DNA of 64,000 nucleotides. Source: Methanothrix sp. (GTDB taxonomy: Archaea; Halobacteriota; Methanosarcinia; Methanotrichales; Methanotrichaceae). Positions 26,745-35,167 of the stretch are shown piece after piece (position 1 is the first letter of the stretch; every line of letters starts with the position of its first letter). The notes below the pieces were generated by a model. That model was not told the origin of the DNA. It searched no databases and saw nothing but the letters and a program-made list of their open reading frames with translations. Location of the stretch: the NCBI GenBank assembly GCA_037128175.1, contig JBAXWY010000009.1, positions 1 through 64,000 on the forward strand, given 5' to 3'. A program made the position numbers and the translations under genes.

Positions 26745-28152
26745 AAGGACGAATTTCGCTGACCGCTGGTCAGCGAGAGTTTCGACGAGAAGTCGAAACA
26801 TCGGTAAGTCCCCATCCTTCAGGGTGGTCTCCCGGACTGCAAGCCCGGGGAAGTGGCTGACAACGTCAGCCACAGGATGAAAGTGGAGTCCTTTGCCCTT
26901 GAATTACTTTCGCTCTGCATGCATTTGATATAAATATCATCCCTTCATGCAAGCGTTCGTTGATAATTAGCTATAAGTATCCTATCTTCCCAGATAAAAT
27001 TTCCCAGTGGAAGTTAGCGGAGAATTTGGATGCTTGTAGATGGCTCTATAATCAGCTTCTTCAAGACCTGAGTGCTGCTAAAGAAAGGGGCATCAAGCTC
27101 AAAACATATGACACTCAGAACATGATTCCTTCTTTGAAGCTCATAAATCCGAAGCTGAATCTGGTCTACTCCAAAGTTCTTCAGATGGTGAATTACACTC
27201 TTTGGTCTAACATCAAAGGACTCTTTGCATCAAAGAAGAATGGTAGAAAGATCGGACATATCCGCTTCAAGGGATATGGCTGGTACAACACCCTGAATTA
27301 CAACCAATCTGGTTTCAAGGTCGATCAAGATCACGGCCTATTGCATCTATCCAAGATCGGAGATATGCGGATCAAGATCTATCGAAAGATCGAAGGTTGC
27401 GTCAAAGCCGTCATAATCAAGAGAGAAGGCAAGAGATGGTTCGCCATAGTCCAGACAGATCAAGAACCCCAAACGTTACCGAAAACGGAGGAAGCAATAG
27501 GTCTGGATGTAGGTCTAACTTCTTTCGTGGTTGATTCTGAAGGTAATGAAATAGAGAATCCAAGATGTGGAGACCACGCGGCGGATAAACTGGCAAAGCT
27601 GCAAAGAAAACTTGCCAGAGCTGCTAAGGGCTCAAATAATCGCAAAACAATCAAGGATAAGATCGCTAAGCTGCATAAGAGAATCAATTGCCAACGAGAT
27701 GATTTCCTGCATAAGTTATCTCGGACCTATATCAATAACTTTGATATCATTTGTGTTGAAGATCTTGATGTCAAAGGTCTAAAAGAGAAAGGCCATAATA
27801 GTGGTATGCATCGCAGCATTCATGATGCATCCTGGTCTAAGTTCATATTCATGCTTTCGTACAAGGCTCAAAGTGCTGGTCGAGAGCTGATAAAGGTAGA
27901 TCCCAGGAACACTACAAAACGGTGTTCCGCTTGTGGATGCATTGTGAAGAAAGACTTGTCTATTCGAGTGCATGAGTGCCATTATTGCGGATTCTCATGC
28001 AATCGAGACTACAATGCTTCCAGGAACATACTTCTCACAGGGATGGAACAGCCCGTAGCGCCCATCGAGTCAAAACCTCTACATCACGTGTCTGTGATGC
28101 AAGTTTTGGCAATGAAGTGGGAAGCCATGCCCAACAGGGCGCGGTAGTTCAC
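26745..28152 (+). mobile_element. IS200/IS605-family (IS1341-type, tnpB-only) element; left boundary approximate
   Basis: Left-end-type sequence AAGTCCCCATCCTTCAGGGTGG...GGATGAAAG, tnpB, and right end GAAGCCATGCCCAACAGGGCGCGGTAGTTCAC. No tnpA. Confidence 0.8.
26960..28147 (+). CDS. tnpB: RNA-guided endonuclease TnpB
   Basis: HTH start (YKYPIFP...CRWLYNQ), RuvC-I IGLDVG, RuvC-II CVEDL, Zn finger CSAC..CHYC and RuvC-III NRDYNAS. All three catalytic acidic residues are present. Confidence 0.95.
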   Translation: MIISYKYPIFPDKISQWKLAENLDACRWLYNQLLQDLSAAKERGIKLKTYDTQNMIPSLKLINPKLNLVYSKVLQMVNYTLWSNIKGLFASKKNGRKIGHIRFKGYGWYNTLNYNQSGFKVDQDHGLLHLSKIGDMRIKIYRKIEGCVKAVIIKREGKRWFAIVQTDQEPQTLPKTEEAIGLDVGLTSFVVDSEGNEIENPRCGDHAADKLAKLQRKLARAAKGSNNRKTIKDKIAKLHKRINCQRDDFLHKLSRTYINNFDIICVEDLDVKGLKEKGHNSGMHRSIHDASWSKFIFMLSYKAQSAGRELIKVDPRNTTKRCSACGCIVKKDLSIRVHECHYCGFSCNRDYNASRNILLTGMEQPVAPIESKPLHHVSVMQVLAMKWEAMPNRAR

Positions 28153-28172
28153 GTAGTTTGCGATTTTTTTGC
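28000..28172 (+). ncRNA. Predicted omegaRNA/reRNA overlapping the tnpB 3' end; guide begins about 28153 (GTAGTTTGCGATTTTTTTGC)
   Basis: Inferred from established TnpB architecture and the right-end hairpin ending in TTCAC at 28148-28152. The 5' boundary is a guess. Confidence 0.55.
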
Positions 28173-28402
28173 AATTTTTCATGGGGCAACGCCTCGCATG
28201 CCCGGCAGCTTGCTACCGCAGGTGCGCCGCCGTTTTTTGACTGATGAAATTCAAGGTCCACGGATACCCAGGTGGAGAGGATCGTGGTTTTGTGGTTTCA
28301 AGGGCATCGAAAAAAAATAGAAAAAGGAATTAGCCCGCATATCCCTGCTCTTTTGCTGTCTTGCCTGATTAAAGGCCGACTGGGGATGCCGTTTATGGCT
28401 TC

Positions 28403-29158
28403 TCAGATTTTCACGAATATCTGCATAGCTTCATCCGGCTTCTTCAATACCAGCAAGACGTGCATCTTATATGCTAGCGCCTGGGCATAAACGGGATCTA
28501 TTTCCAGAGCCTTGTCGTAAGCCTGCTCTGCCTCCACATACTTTCCATTAGCCTCCAGAATTACTCCCTTGGCTACATAGGCTTGCTTAAAATTGGGATC
28601 TGCCTGCAAAGCTTGATCGAATTGCTTCGCAGCCTCGGGTAAGTTGCTCAGGGCCATGAGCATGATTCCCTTTTTGTATAAAGCATCCTTGTAAATAGGA
28701 TCTACAGTTAGGGCGCCTTCGAACTTAGTGACAGCCTCTTGGTACATCTCCTGCGTTTGTAGCAGATTTCCTTCCCTGAGCCAATTTGCTTTACTGTTAT
28801 CAAGTTCTGTGGTCTTGGCTGCGGCAATCGAGGCATTGGTTAGGTCTTTCATGGCCGTATAGGCTTCCGTGATCCCCGACCAGGCCACTGCCTTCTTACC
28901 GTCTATCTGCAGGGCGGCATTGTAGGATGCAATAGAGCCATTGAAGTCTTTAAGAATTCTCTGGGTGTCTCCTTTATGAATCCAGGCGTCAATGTAGCCA
29001 GGATCCTGGCTGAGAGCCTTTTCGAAATAGATCAGTGCATCCGTGTAATTCTTGGTGGCATAAAGCTTGGACCCTTTCCAGTCAAAATATTCCGTCTCTT
29101 CTGCCATGCAAATAGCACTCAATAGAAAAATGCATACCAATATGCCTAGTATTTTCAT
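28403..29158 (-). CDS. Secreted TPR-repeat protein
   Basis: Signal peptide and TPR units. Paralog of 31226-31990 (AEETEYFDWKG vs AEETDYYDWKG). Confidence 0.88.
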   Translation of the reverse strand: MKILGILVCIFLLSAICMAEETEYFDWKGSKLYATKNYTDALIYFEKALSQDPGYIDAWIHKGDTQRILKDFNGSIASYNAALQIDGKKAVAWSGITEAYTAMKDLTNASIAAAKTTELDNSKANWLREGNLLQTQEMYQEAVTKFEGALTVDPIYKDALYKKGIMLMALSNLPEAAKQFDQALQADPNFKQAYVAKGVILEANGKYVEAEQAYDKALEIDPVYAQALAYKMHVLLVLKKPDEAMQIFVKI

Positions 29159-29184
29159 TACTATTCCTCCAAATTGATGTTATA

Positions 29185-30432
29185 TTATTTAAATATGGTT
29201 CTCATGACTTTCTTCATGGCCCGGGCGGCGCTCATTCGCACGCTGTTATCTTTGTCGTATGACATGGCAAAGATCAAGGGCTCTTTAGCTCTAGGATCAT
29301 CCATCTCCCCCAGCGCCCATGCCGCATCAGCTCTCAGATCGCTTTGCAGATTCTGGTCGCCCAAAATTTGTATAAGAGGCGACACGGCAAGGCTCTTATT
29401 TATCCCGGCAATCGCCGCAACAGCCGCATGTCGTACCGGGCGGTCACCATTCTTAAAGGCCCAAATCAGCGGCTCTATGCTTCTTTCCTCGCCTATTTGT
29501 CCCAGCGCCTGTGCCGCTCCCGCCCGGGTGATATTGTCCGATTCATGCAAAGCCAGAATCAATGATTCCGTCGCCGGCCTGCCTATTGCCGTCAAGGCTT
29601 TTATGGCATCCCTTCTAACCCGCTCCTCAGGATCTGCCAGAATTCCAATCAATGGCACTATAGCCTGATTGTCGCCCCGCCGCCCCAGAGCAGTTGCCGC
29701 CTCGGACCGCACACCAGGCTCACGATCTTGCAAGGCCTCTATTAAGGGCAGAGCAGCCTGCCCATCTACCAGATGGTCCAGCGCCTGCGCCGCTCCCATG
29801 CGCCTGTTTGGGTCTTCGTCCTTCAAGAGCTTTATGAGTAATTCAGTTGCCCCTATTCCTTCCACTGATCTCAAGGCCCATCCGGCCTCATTTCGGACCG
29901 TCTCATTGCCGTCTCCCAATACGGAAATAAGAGCATCTCGGGTCCTGTTGTCTCTGATTTGTCCCAGAGCTGCGGCTGCATAGTAGCGAACTGTGCTGTT
30001 ATTGCTCTCCAGGGCATAGGAAAGCGCCTCTGTGACATTGGAATCGTTTATCAGCCCCAGTACAGCAGCCGCTTGCCACTTGACTGAGTCGTTTTTGCTC
30101 TTCAAAGCCGCCGTTAATGGCTCAATGGAGGGACTGCCGATCTTCACAAGGGCTAATGCCGCCCACTCACGAACGTTGCTGTTGTTGTCCTCCAGAGCCT
30201 TTATCAATAGATCTACCGCCCTCCATTCACCGCTTTTTCCTAAAGCCCAGGCAGCCTCGCCTCTGATCTTGGCATCCTTGTGGGTAAGATTATTCAGCAA
30301 CTCTTCAGTGCCCGTTCTCCCCCCTACCTGCCCCCCGGCCGGGCCGGCCAGAACTATTAGGAGCGCTATGAGCACGATGAGCATTACGATCAATGCATAG
30401 CCAGGAATACCGTTCGTCTTCAGAGTGACCAT
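29185..30432 (-). CDS. Secreted or membrane-anchored HEAT (PBS lyase-like) repeat protein
   Basis: Hydrophobic N-terminus and repeated 'LI.AL.D....VR..AA.ALG'. Confidence 0.9.
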   Translation of the reverse strand: MVTLKTNGIPGYALIVMLIVLIALLIVLAGPAGGQVGGRTGTEELLNNLTHKDAKIRGEAAWALGKSGEWRAVDLLIKALEDNNSNVREWAALALVKIGSPSIEPLTAALKSKNDSVKWQAAAVLGLINDSNVTEALSYALESNNSTVRYYAAAALGQIRDNRTRDALISVLGDGNETVRNEAGWALRSVEGIGATELLIKLLKDEDPNRRMGAAQALDHLVDGQAALPLIEALQDREPGVRSEAATALGRRGDNQAIVPLIGILADPEERVRRDAIKALTAIGRPATESLILALHESDNITRAGAAQALGQIGEERSIEPLIWAFKNGDRPVRHAAVAAIAGINKSLAVSPLIQILGDQNLQSDLRADAAWALGEMDDPRAKEPLIFAMSYDKDNSVRMSAARAMKKVMRTIFK

Positions 30433-30434
30433 TC

Positions 30435-31202
30435 TTATATCCTCAAAAGAATATCCACAGCCTCTTTTTGTCTGCCCGTCGCCAGCAAGGCGTGCATTTT
30501 ATTGGTCAGGACCAGCGACCACTTTGCATCTATCTGAAGAGCCCTATCATATGCCTCAATTGCTCCCTCATAATCGCCCTGCATTTCCAGTATCTGGCCT
30601 TTGGCATTATAGGCCTGCTTGTATTTGCCGTCGATGACTATGACTTTATCAAGCAGTTCAATGGCTTGACTGGTGTTGTTGGCGGAAAGCTCAGATAGTG
30701 CTTTCCTGTAAAGGGCATCCTTGTATTTTGCATCTATTGCTATGGCTCTGTCCAGGTCCAATTTAGCATCTTCAAAATTTCCCTGCATCTGTTTCAGTGT
30801 ACCTATCTTGAGCCAGTTGGCCTTGTTTTTGGGATCAAGTCTGGTAAGCTGTGCTGCCGCCGCCGTGGCGTTGGCGTAGTCCTTGACCAACGAATATGCA
30901 TCGGATAGCGCCGTCCAGGCGGGAGCACTTTTGCCGTCCAGGATAGTCGCTCGATTGAATGACCGGATTGAGGCATTATAATCCCGCAAAGCTTTTTCAG
31001 CATTTCCTTTATGGATCCAGGCGTTTACGTTTGATGAGTTCTGATCCAATGACTTATTGAAAAGGTCCATGGCCTCGCTTAGGTTTTTGGCTGAGACCAG
31101 CTTGCCTGCCAGATTATCATAGTAAATGGATGCATCCTGGCAGGAGCTACAGCTGCTCGTGATGAATATGCAAATTAAAAGGCAAATAGAAATTGATTTC
31201 AA
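30435..31202 (-). CDS. Secreted TPR-repeat protein
   Basis: Signal peptide and AWIHKG / YKDALYRKA TPR units shared with neighbouring genes. Confidence 0.85.
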   Translation of the reverse strand: MKSISICLLICIFITSSCSSCQDASIYYDNLAGKLVSAKNLSEAMDLFNKSLDQNSSNVNAWIHKGNAEKALRDYNASIRSFNRATILDGKSAPAWTALSDAYSLVKDYANATAAAAQLTRLDPKNKANWLKIGTLKQMQGNFEDAKLDLDRAIAIDAKYKDALYRKALSELSANNTSQAIELLDKVIVIDGKYKQAYNAKGQILEMQGDYEGAIEAYDRALQIDAKWSLVLTNKMHALLATGRQKEAVDILLRI

Positions 31203-31225
31203 GTCAGTACCTTCAAGGCTTTTTC

Positions 31226-31990
31226 CTATATGGTCACAAATATTTTCATGGCCTCATCCATCTTCCCCAGTGCCTGCAAGCTATGCACATTATTGATCCT
31301 GGGCGAAGCCCACAGGGGGTCGATCCGGGAAGCATTTTCATAAGCGGCGTTTGACGACGCATATTTGCCTTCCGCATCGAGTATCAGTCCCAGGACATTG
31401 TAGGCCGCTTTGTGTTTCGGGTCCAGGGTTAAGACCTGATCTAACAGGCTCACAGCCTCGCTGTTATTTCCCAGGGCCATTTTCGAGAGCGCCTTCCGGT
31501 ATAATGCATCAACATATTTAGGATCCAAATTCAAGGCTCGATCGTACTTTGCCAGAGCACTCTCATAATCGCCCTCCATCTGCCGGAGGTTCCCTTCTTT
31601 TTGCCAGTTCTCTTTCCGGTTCGGCTCAATTTCCGTCACTTTGGCGGCTGCCTCTGCGGCTTGCCGATAATTGTTCAGGGCGATATAGGCCTCAATTATC
31701 CCGGACCAGGCCGCCTTTGTGTTGTTTTTTACTAGCAGTGCACCTTCGTAGCTTTGCAAAGAGGCATTGTAGTCCTTCATCGCTCTCTCTGCATCGCCCT
31801 TATGCAGCCAGGCATCGATGTAAGTGGGATCCTGTTTTATGGCCCTATCAAAATAGACTATGGATTCTGTGTAGTTCTTGGCAGCAAATGATTTGAGCCC
31901 CTTCCAGTCATAGTAATCGGTCTCTTCAGCCAGGCACAGGGGGCTCAGAATTATAAGGCATAATAATATTGCCACCATCATATTATTCAT
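31226..31990 (-). CDS. Secreted TPR-repeat protein
   Basis: Start reassigned to MNNMMVAILL at 31990 to avoid overlap with mscL. TPR units present. Confidence 0.85.
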   Translation of the reverse strand: MNNMMVAILLCLIILSPLCLAEETDYYDWKGLKSFAAKNYTESIVYFDRAIKQDPTYIDAWLHKGDAERAMKDYNASLQSYEGALLVKNNTKAAWSGIIEAYIALNNYRQAAEAAAKVTEIEPNRKENWQKEGNLRQMEGDYESALAKYDRALNLDPKYVDALYRKALSKMALGNNSEAVSLLDQVLTLDPKHKAAYNVLGLILDAEGKYASSNAAYENASRIDPLWASPRINNVHSLQALGKMDEAMKIFVTI

Positions 31991-32010
31991 ATTAATCTTC
32001 CTAAAGCTCC

Positions 32011-32448
32011 TTACTTCAAATCCGATGTGCAATGCGAGCATTTGACTGCCGCTTTGGGAATGCTTTCTTTGCAGAAGGGACACTCCTTGCTATTGGGCTC
32101 GGGTGGTGCCGGCTTTTTCTTAGCTGCATTTACCTGGCGGATGAGCATGAATATGGCCAGTGCGACTATGAGGAAGTTGATTATGGCATTTATGAACAGA
32201 CCATAATTGATGGTGGGTGCGGCTGCCGCCTGAGCCGCTGCCAGAGAGGCATAGGTCTTTCCATCCAGAACTATGAACAGATCGGCAAAATTTATGCCGC
32301 CCATGATCATGCCGATGGGTGGCATGATGACGTCTTTTACCAGCGAATTGACAATGCCGCCAAAGGCTACGCCAATTATGATACCGACCGCCATGTCCAG
32401 GACATTGCCTTTCATGGCGAAATCCTTAAACTCACTAATAAATCCCAT
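32011..32448 (-). CDS. mscL: Large-conductance mechanosensitive channel MscL with C-terminal Zn-ribbon
   Basis: EFKDFAMKGNVLDMAVGIIIG, YGLFINAIINFLIVA and CPFC...CSHC. Confidence 0.95.
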   Translation of the reverse strand: MGFISEFKDFAMKGNVLDMAVGIIIGVAFGGIVNSLVKDVIMPPIGMIMGGINFADLFIVLDGKTYASLAAAQAAAAPTINYGLFINAIINFLIVALAIFMLIRQVNAAKKKPAPPEPNSKECPFCKESIPKAAVKCSHCTSDLK

Positions 32449-32604
32449 AATCCTAAACCCCGGTTAAAGATCCTGATTCCGTATTAATATTAGATGCTCA
32501 AATTATAAAATCTTTATGCAAGGATGGGAAAAAAAACTTAGTAGAAAGAGGGCTATCCAAATCGTAATGAACGAATATTCCAAAAAAAAAAATCAGATCC
32601 CGCT

Positions 32605-34581
32605 CTATTTCTTAACAAGGAGCGGAATTGCATCAAGCGCCTGGGGGTTGGCAACTGCCGATGTGTCTCCCAGAGCCTCTCCCAGCGCTTTGGCCTTGAT
32701 CAGCGACCGGACCGGCATTCCTGCCTTGTTCCGGGGGATGTCGGCGACGAATATGACATCTGAAGGAATGGCGATGGGGCCCAAGGACTTTCGCACAAAG
32801 TTCTTGATATCTTTCTCCAAAGCGGCGTTTGGCTCTGCCTCGGGCTTCAGGATGGCAAATACCACAATGCTTTCGCCCTTCACCTTGTCCGGCTTGCCCA
32901 CGACTGCCGCGGCGGCAACTGATGGGTGCATCTTCGCCGACGCCTCAACTTCAGCATTGGATATCCTGTGGCCCGCCACCTTGAGGACATCGTCTCCTCT
33001 TCCCAGAGCCCAGATGTATCCGTCCCCATCCACGCGGGCCTTGTCTCCGGAGAGATACTTGCCGGGAAAAGCATTCCAGTAGGTATCGAGGTACCCAGCC
33101 GGATCCTGGTAGACCTCTTTTAGCATGGAAGGCCAGGGCGTTGTTATGAGTATATTGCCGGTGCGGCCTGCGGGAACGCTTGCGCCGTTGTCATCCACTA
33201 CCTCTACGTTGTAGCCGGGCAGAGCGAAGCTGGGCGAGCCGGGCTTGAGCGGAGTTATGGGCAGGGGCGCTATGACCTGAGAGCCGGTCTCGCTTTGGAA
33301 CCAGGTGTCCATGATCGGCGCAAATCCGCCGCCCACGTATTGCCTCCACCAGACGAAGGCATCGGGGTTCATAGCCTCGCCTACCGAGCCCATGAGCCGA
33401 ACTGTGGAAAGGTCGTACTTCTGGGGCCAGGAGGGGCCCTCGTTCATGAACATTCTGATGGCGGTAGGCGCGGTGTAGATCACAGAGACTCCGTAGTCCT
33501 CGATGATCTGGAACCACCGGCCGAAGTCAGGATAATCGGGCGATCCCTCGTACATGATGCTGGTGGCGCCCAGACAGAGCGGCCCGTAGGCGATGTAAGA
33601 ATGGCCGGTGATCCATCCGATATCAGCAGTACACCAGTAGACATCCGTATCCTTGATGTCGAAGACCCAGGACGTAGTGAACGCCGGGGCGACACTCATA
33701 CCTGCATGGGTGTGCACTATGCCGCGCGGCTTTCCGGCAGCTCCCGCAGTGTAAAGGATGAAAAGCGGATCGGCGCCGTCCAGGGGCAGTGTCTCGCAGG
33801 AGCTGGACTGTCCTGCCAAAAAGTCGGTCCACCAGACATCGCGGCCTAGGGTCATGGGCGTCTCCTGGCCGTTCCTCTTTACCACTACTACCTTCTCGAT
33901 GCACTTGAGACCGGCTATGGCCTCATCCGCCTGGGGCTTGGTGGCAATGGGCTTGCCCCGGCGGTAGGAGCCGTCGCAGGTGACCAGAATCTTTGGCTGG
34001 CAGTCCTCCAGACGGTCACGAATAGCCACTGCGGAAAATCCGGAGAATACTACTACGTGAATGGCACCAAGTTTCGCACAAGCGAGCAATGCCACGGGCA
34101 GCTCCGGGATCATGGGCAGATAAATTCCCACGCGGTCGCCCTTTTTGATTCCTTCGGCCTTGAGGGCGTTGGCGAATTTGTTGACCTGTTGAGATAGCTC
34201 GAAATAGGTGATCTTGCGCACATCGCCTACGGGCTCTCCTACGAAGATGTAAGCCAGCTTGTTGCGCCGCCAGGATTTAGCGTGCCTGTCTACGGCATTA
34301 TAAGCTACATTGATCTTGCCGCCCATAAACCACTTGGCTTCGGGGGCTTTCCACTGTAATGTCTGCGTGTAGGGCTCGAACCAGTCGGCATAGGTTTGGG
34401 CCATCTCGTCCCAGAACGGGACGTAATTCTGAGAGCACCATTGCCTTAGCTCGCTCTCTGACTTCAGGCCCTTCGTCCTCATCCAGGCCATGACATTGGA
34501 GTTCTCGACAAGATCACGGGGTGGATAATACAGACCATGTTCTGCAGTCTGAATAGTTTTTTCCGATTTTTCATCAGCCAT
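32605..34581 (-). CDS. acs: AMP-forming acetyl-CoA synthetase paralog (motif-divergent)
   Basis: GDRVGIYLPMIPE, VVFSGFS, YWCTADIGWITGHSY, SVGE and GRGDDVLKVAGHRI. P-loop reads YTAGAAGKPRG and motif A10 reads PRNKAGM. Confidence 0.9.
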   Translation of the reverse strand: MADEKSEKTIQTAEHGLYYPPRDLVENSNVMAWMRTKGLKSESELRQWCSQNYVPFWDEMAQTYADWFEPYTQTLQWKAPEAKWFMGGKINVAYNAVDRHAKSWRRNKLAYIFVGEPVGDVRKITYFELSQQVNKFANALKAEGIKKGDRVGIYLPMIPELPVALLACAKLGAIHVVVFSGFSAVAIRDRLEDCQPKILVTCDGSYRRGKPIATKPQADEAIAGLKCIEKVVVVKRNGQETPMTLGRDVWWTDFLAGQSSSCETLPLDGADPLFILYTAGAAGKPRGIVHTHAGMSVAPAFTTSWVFDIKDTDVYWCTADIGWITGHSYIAYGPLCLGATSIMYEGSPDYPDFGRWFQIIEDYGVSVIYTAPTAIRMFMNEGPSWPQKYDLSTVRLMGSVGEAMNPDAFVWWRQYVGGGFAPIMDTWFQSETGSQVIAPLPITPLKPGSPSFALPGYNVEVVDDNGASVPAGRTGNILITTPWPSMLKEVYQDPAGYLDTYWNAFPGKYLSGDKARVDGDGYIWALGRGDDVLKVAGHRISNAEVEASAKMHPSVAAAAVVGKPDKVKGESIVVFAILKPEAEPNAALEKDIKNFVRKSLGPIAIPSDVIFVADIPRNKAGMPVRSLIKAKALGEALGDTSAVANPQALDAIPLLVKK

Positions 34582-34722
34582 TTTAAATCGCCTTACAATA
34601 TTTTCAACTTAAAAGGCATTTGTATCCAAATTATATCTTGTTTCCTGATTTTGAATTATAATGGATATTCAAATGCCTTTTTGACACTGCATTAAGTCTT
34701 ATTCTGCAGATATAAATCTTTC

Positions 34723-35061
34723 TTATTTGTTCTGCGTTTCCCATTGAGCTTTTGCGTTGCCTGCACTCTCTGCAAACGCTTTTGCCGCCGTTTGGAGTGC
34801 ATCAAGAGCTTCGGGCATACCTTCCTCGGTATCGGTGCTTACGACCAACATCGCGCCGACGTCGTTCGACATCATACATGCTATCTGGTAACAACCAATG
34901 CCCTCTGAGATATTGTTTTTAATGGCGTTTAGAATGGCTTCCAGTGCCTGCACAATCTTTTCGGGTTCTATCTGCATGGGGATGATTGTCTGCACGCCCG
35001 TTTCCAAATGGCACACACCCATACCAGGGCAAATGCTTGCTTTAACCGCTTCATCACTCAT
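34723..35061 (-). CDS. Hypothetical protein
   Basis: 112-aa ORF with an AGGTGA RBS and protein-like composition. Confidence 0.6.
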   Translation of the reverse strand: MSDEAVKASICPGMGVCHLETGVQTIIPMQIEPEKIVQALEAILNAIKNNISEGIGCYQIACMMSNDVGAMLVVSTDTEEGMPEALDALQTAAKAFAESAGNAKAQWETQNK

Positions 35062-35167
35062 TTTATTCTCACCTTTCTTCTTGCTCTATAACTTGACGGC
35101 CTGCCCTGCCAAATCGAGGAGCTTGTCCAAACCATGGACTACTGCCAGGTCCTTCACCAGGAATATC

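Noticed and set aside
28221-28315. CTGATGA...GAAA as a hammerhead ribozyme
   Set aside because: No complementary stem II between the sequence after CTGATGA and the sequence before GAAA.
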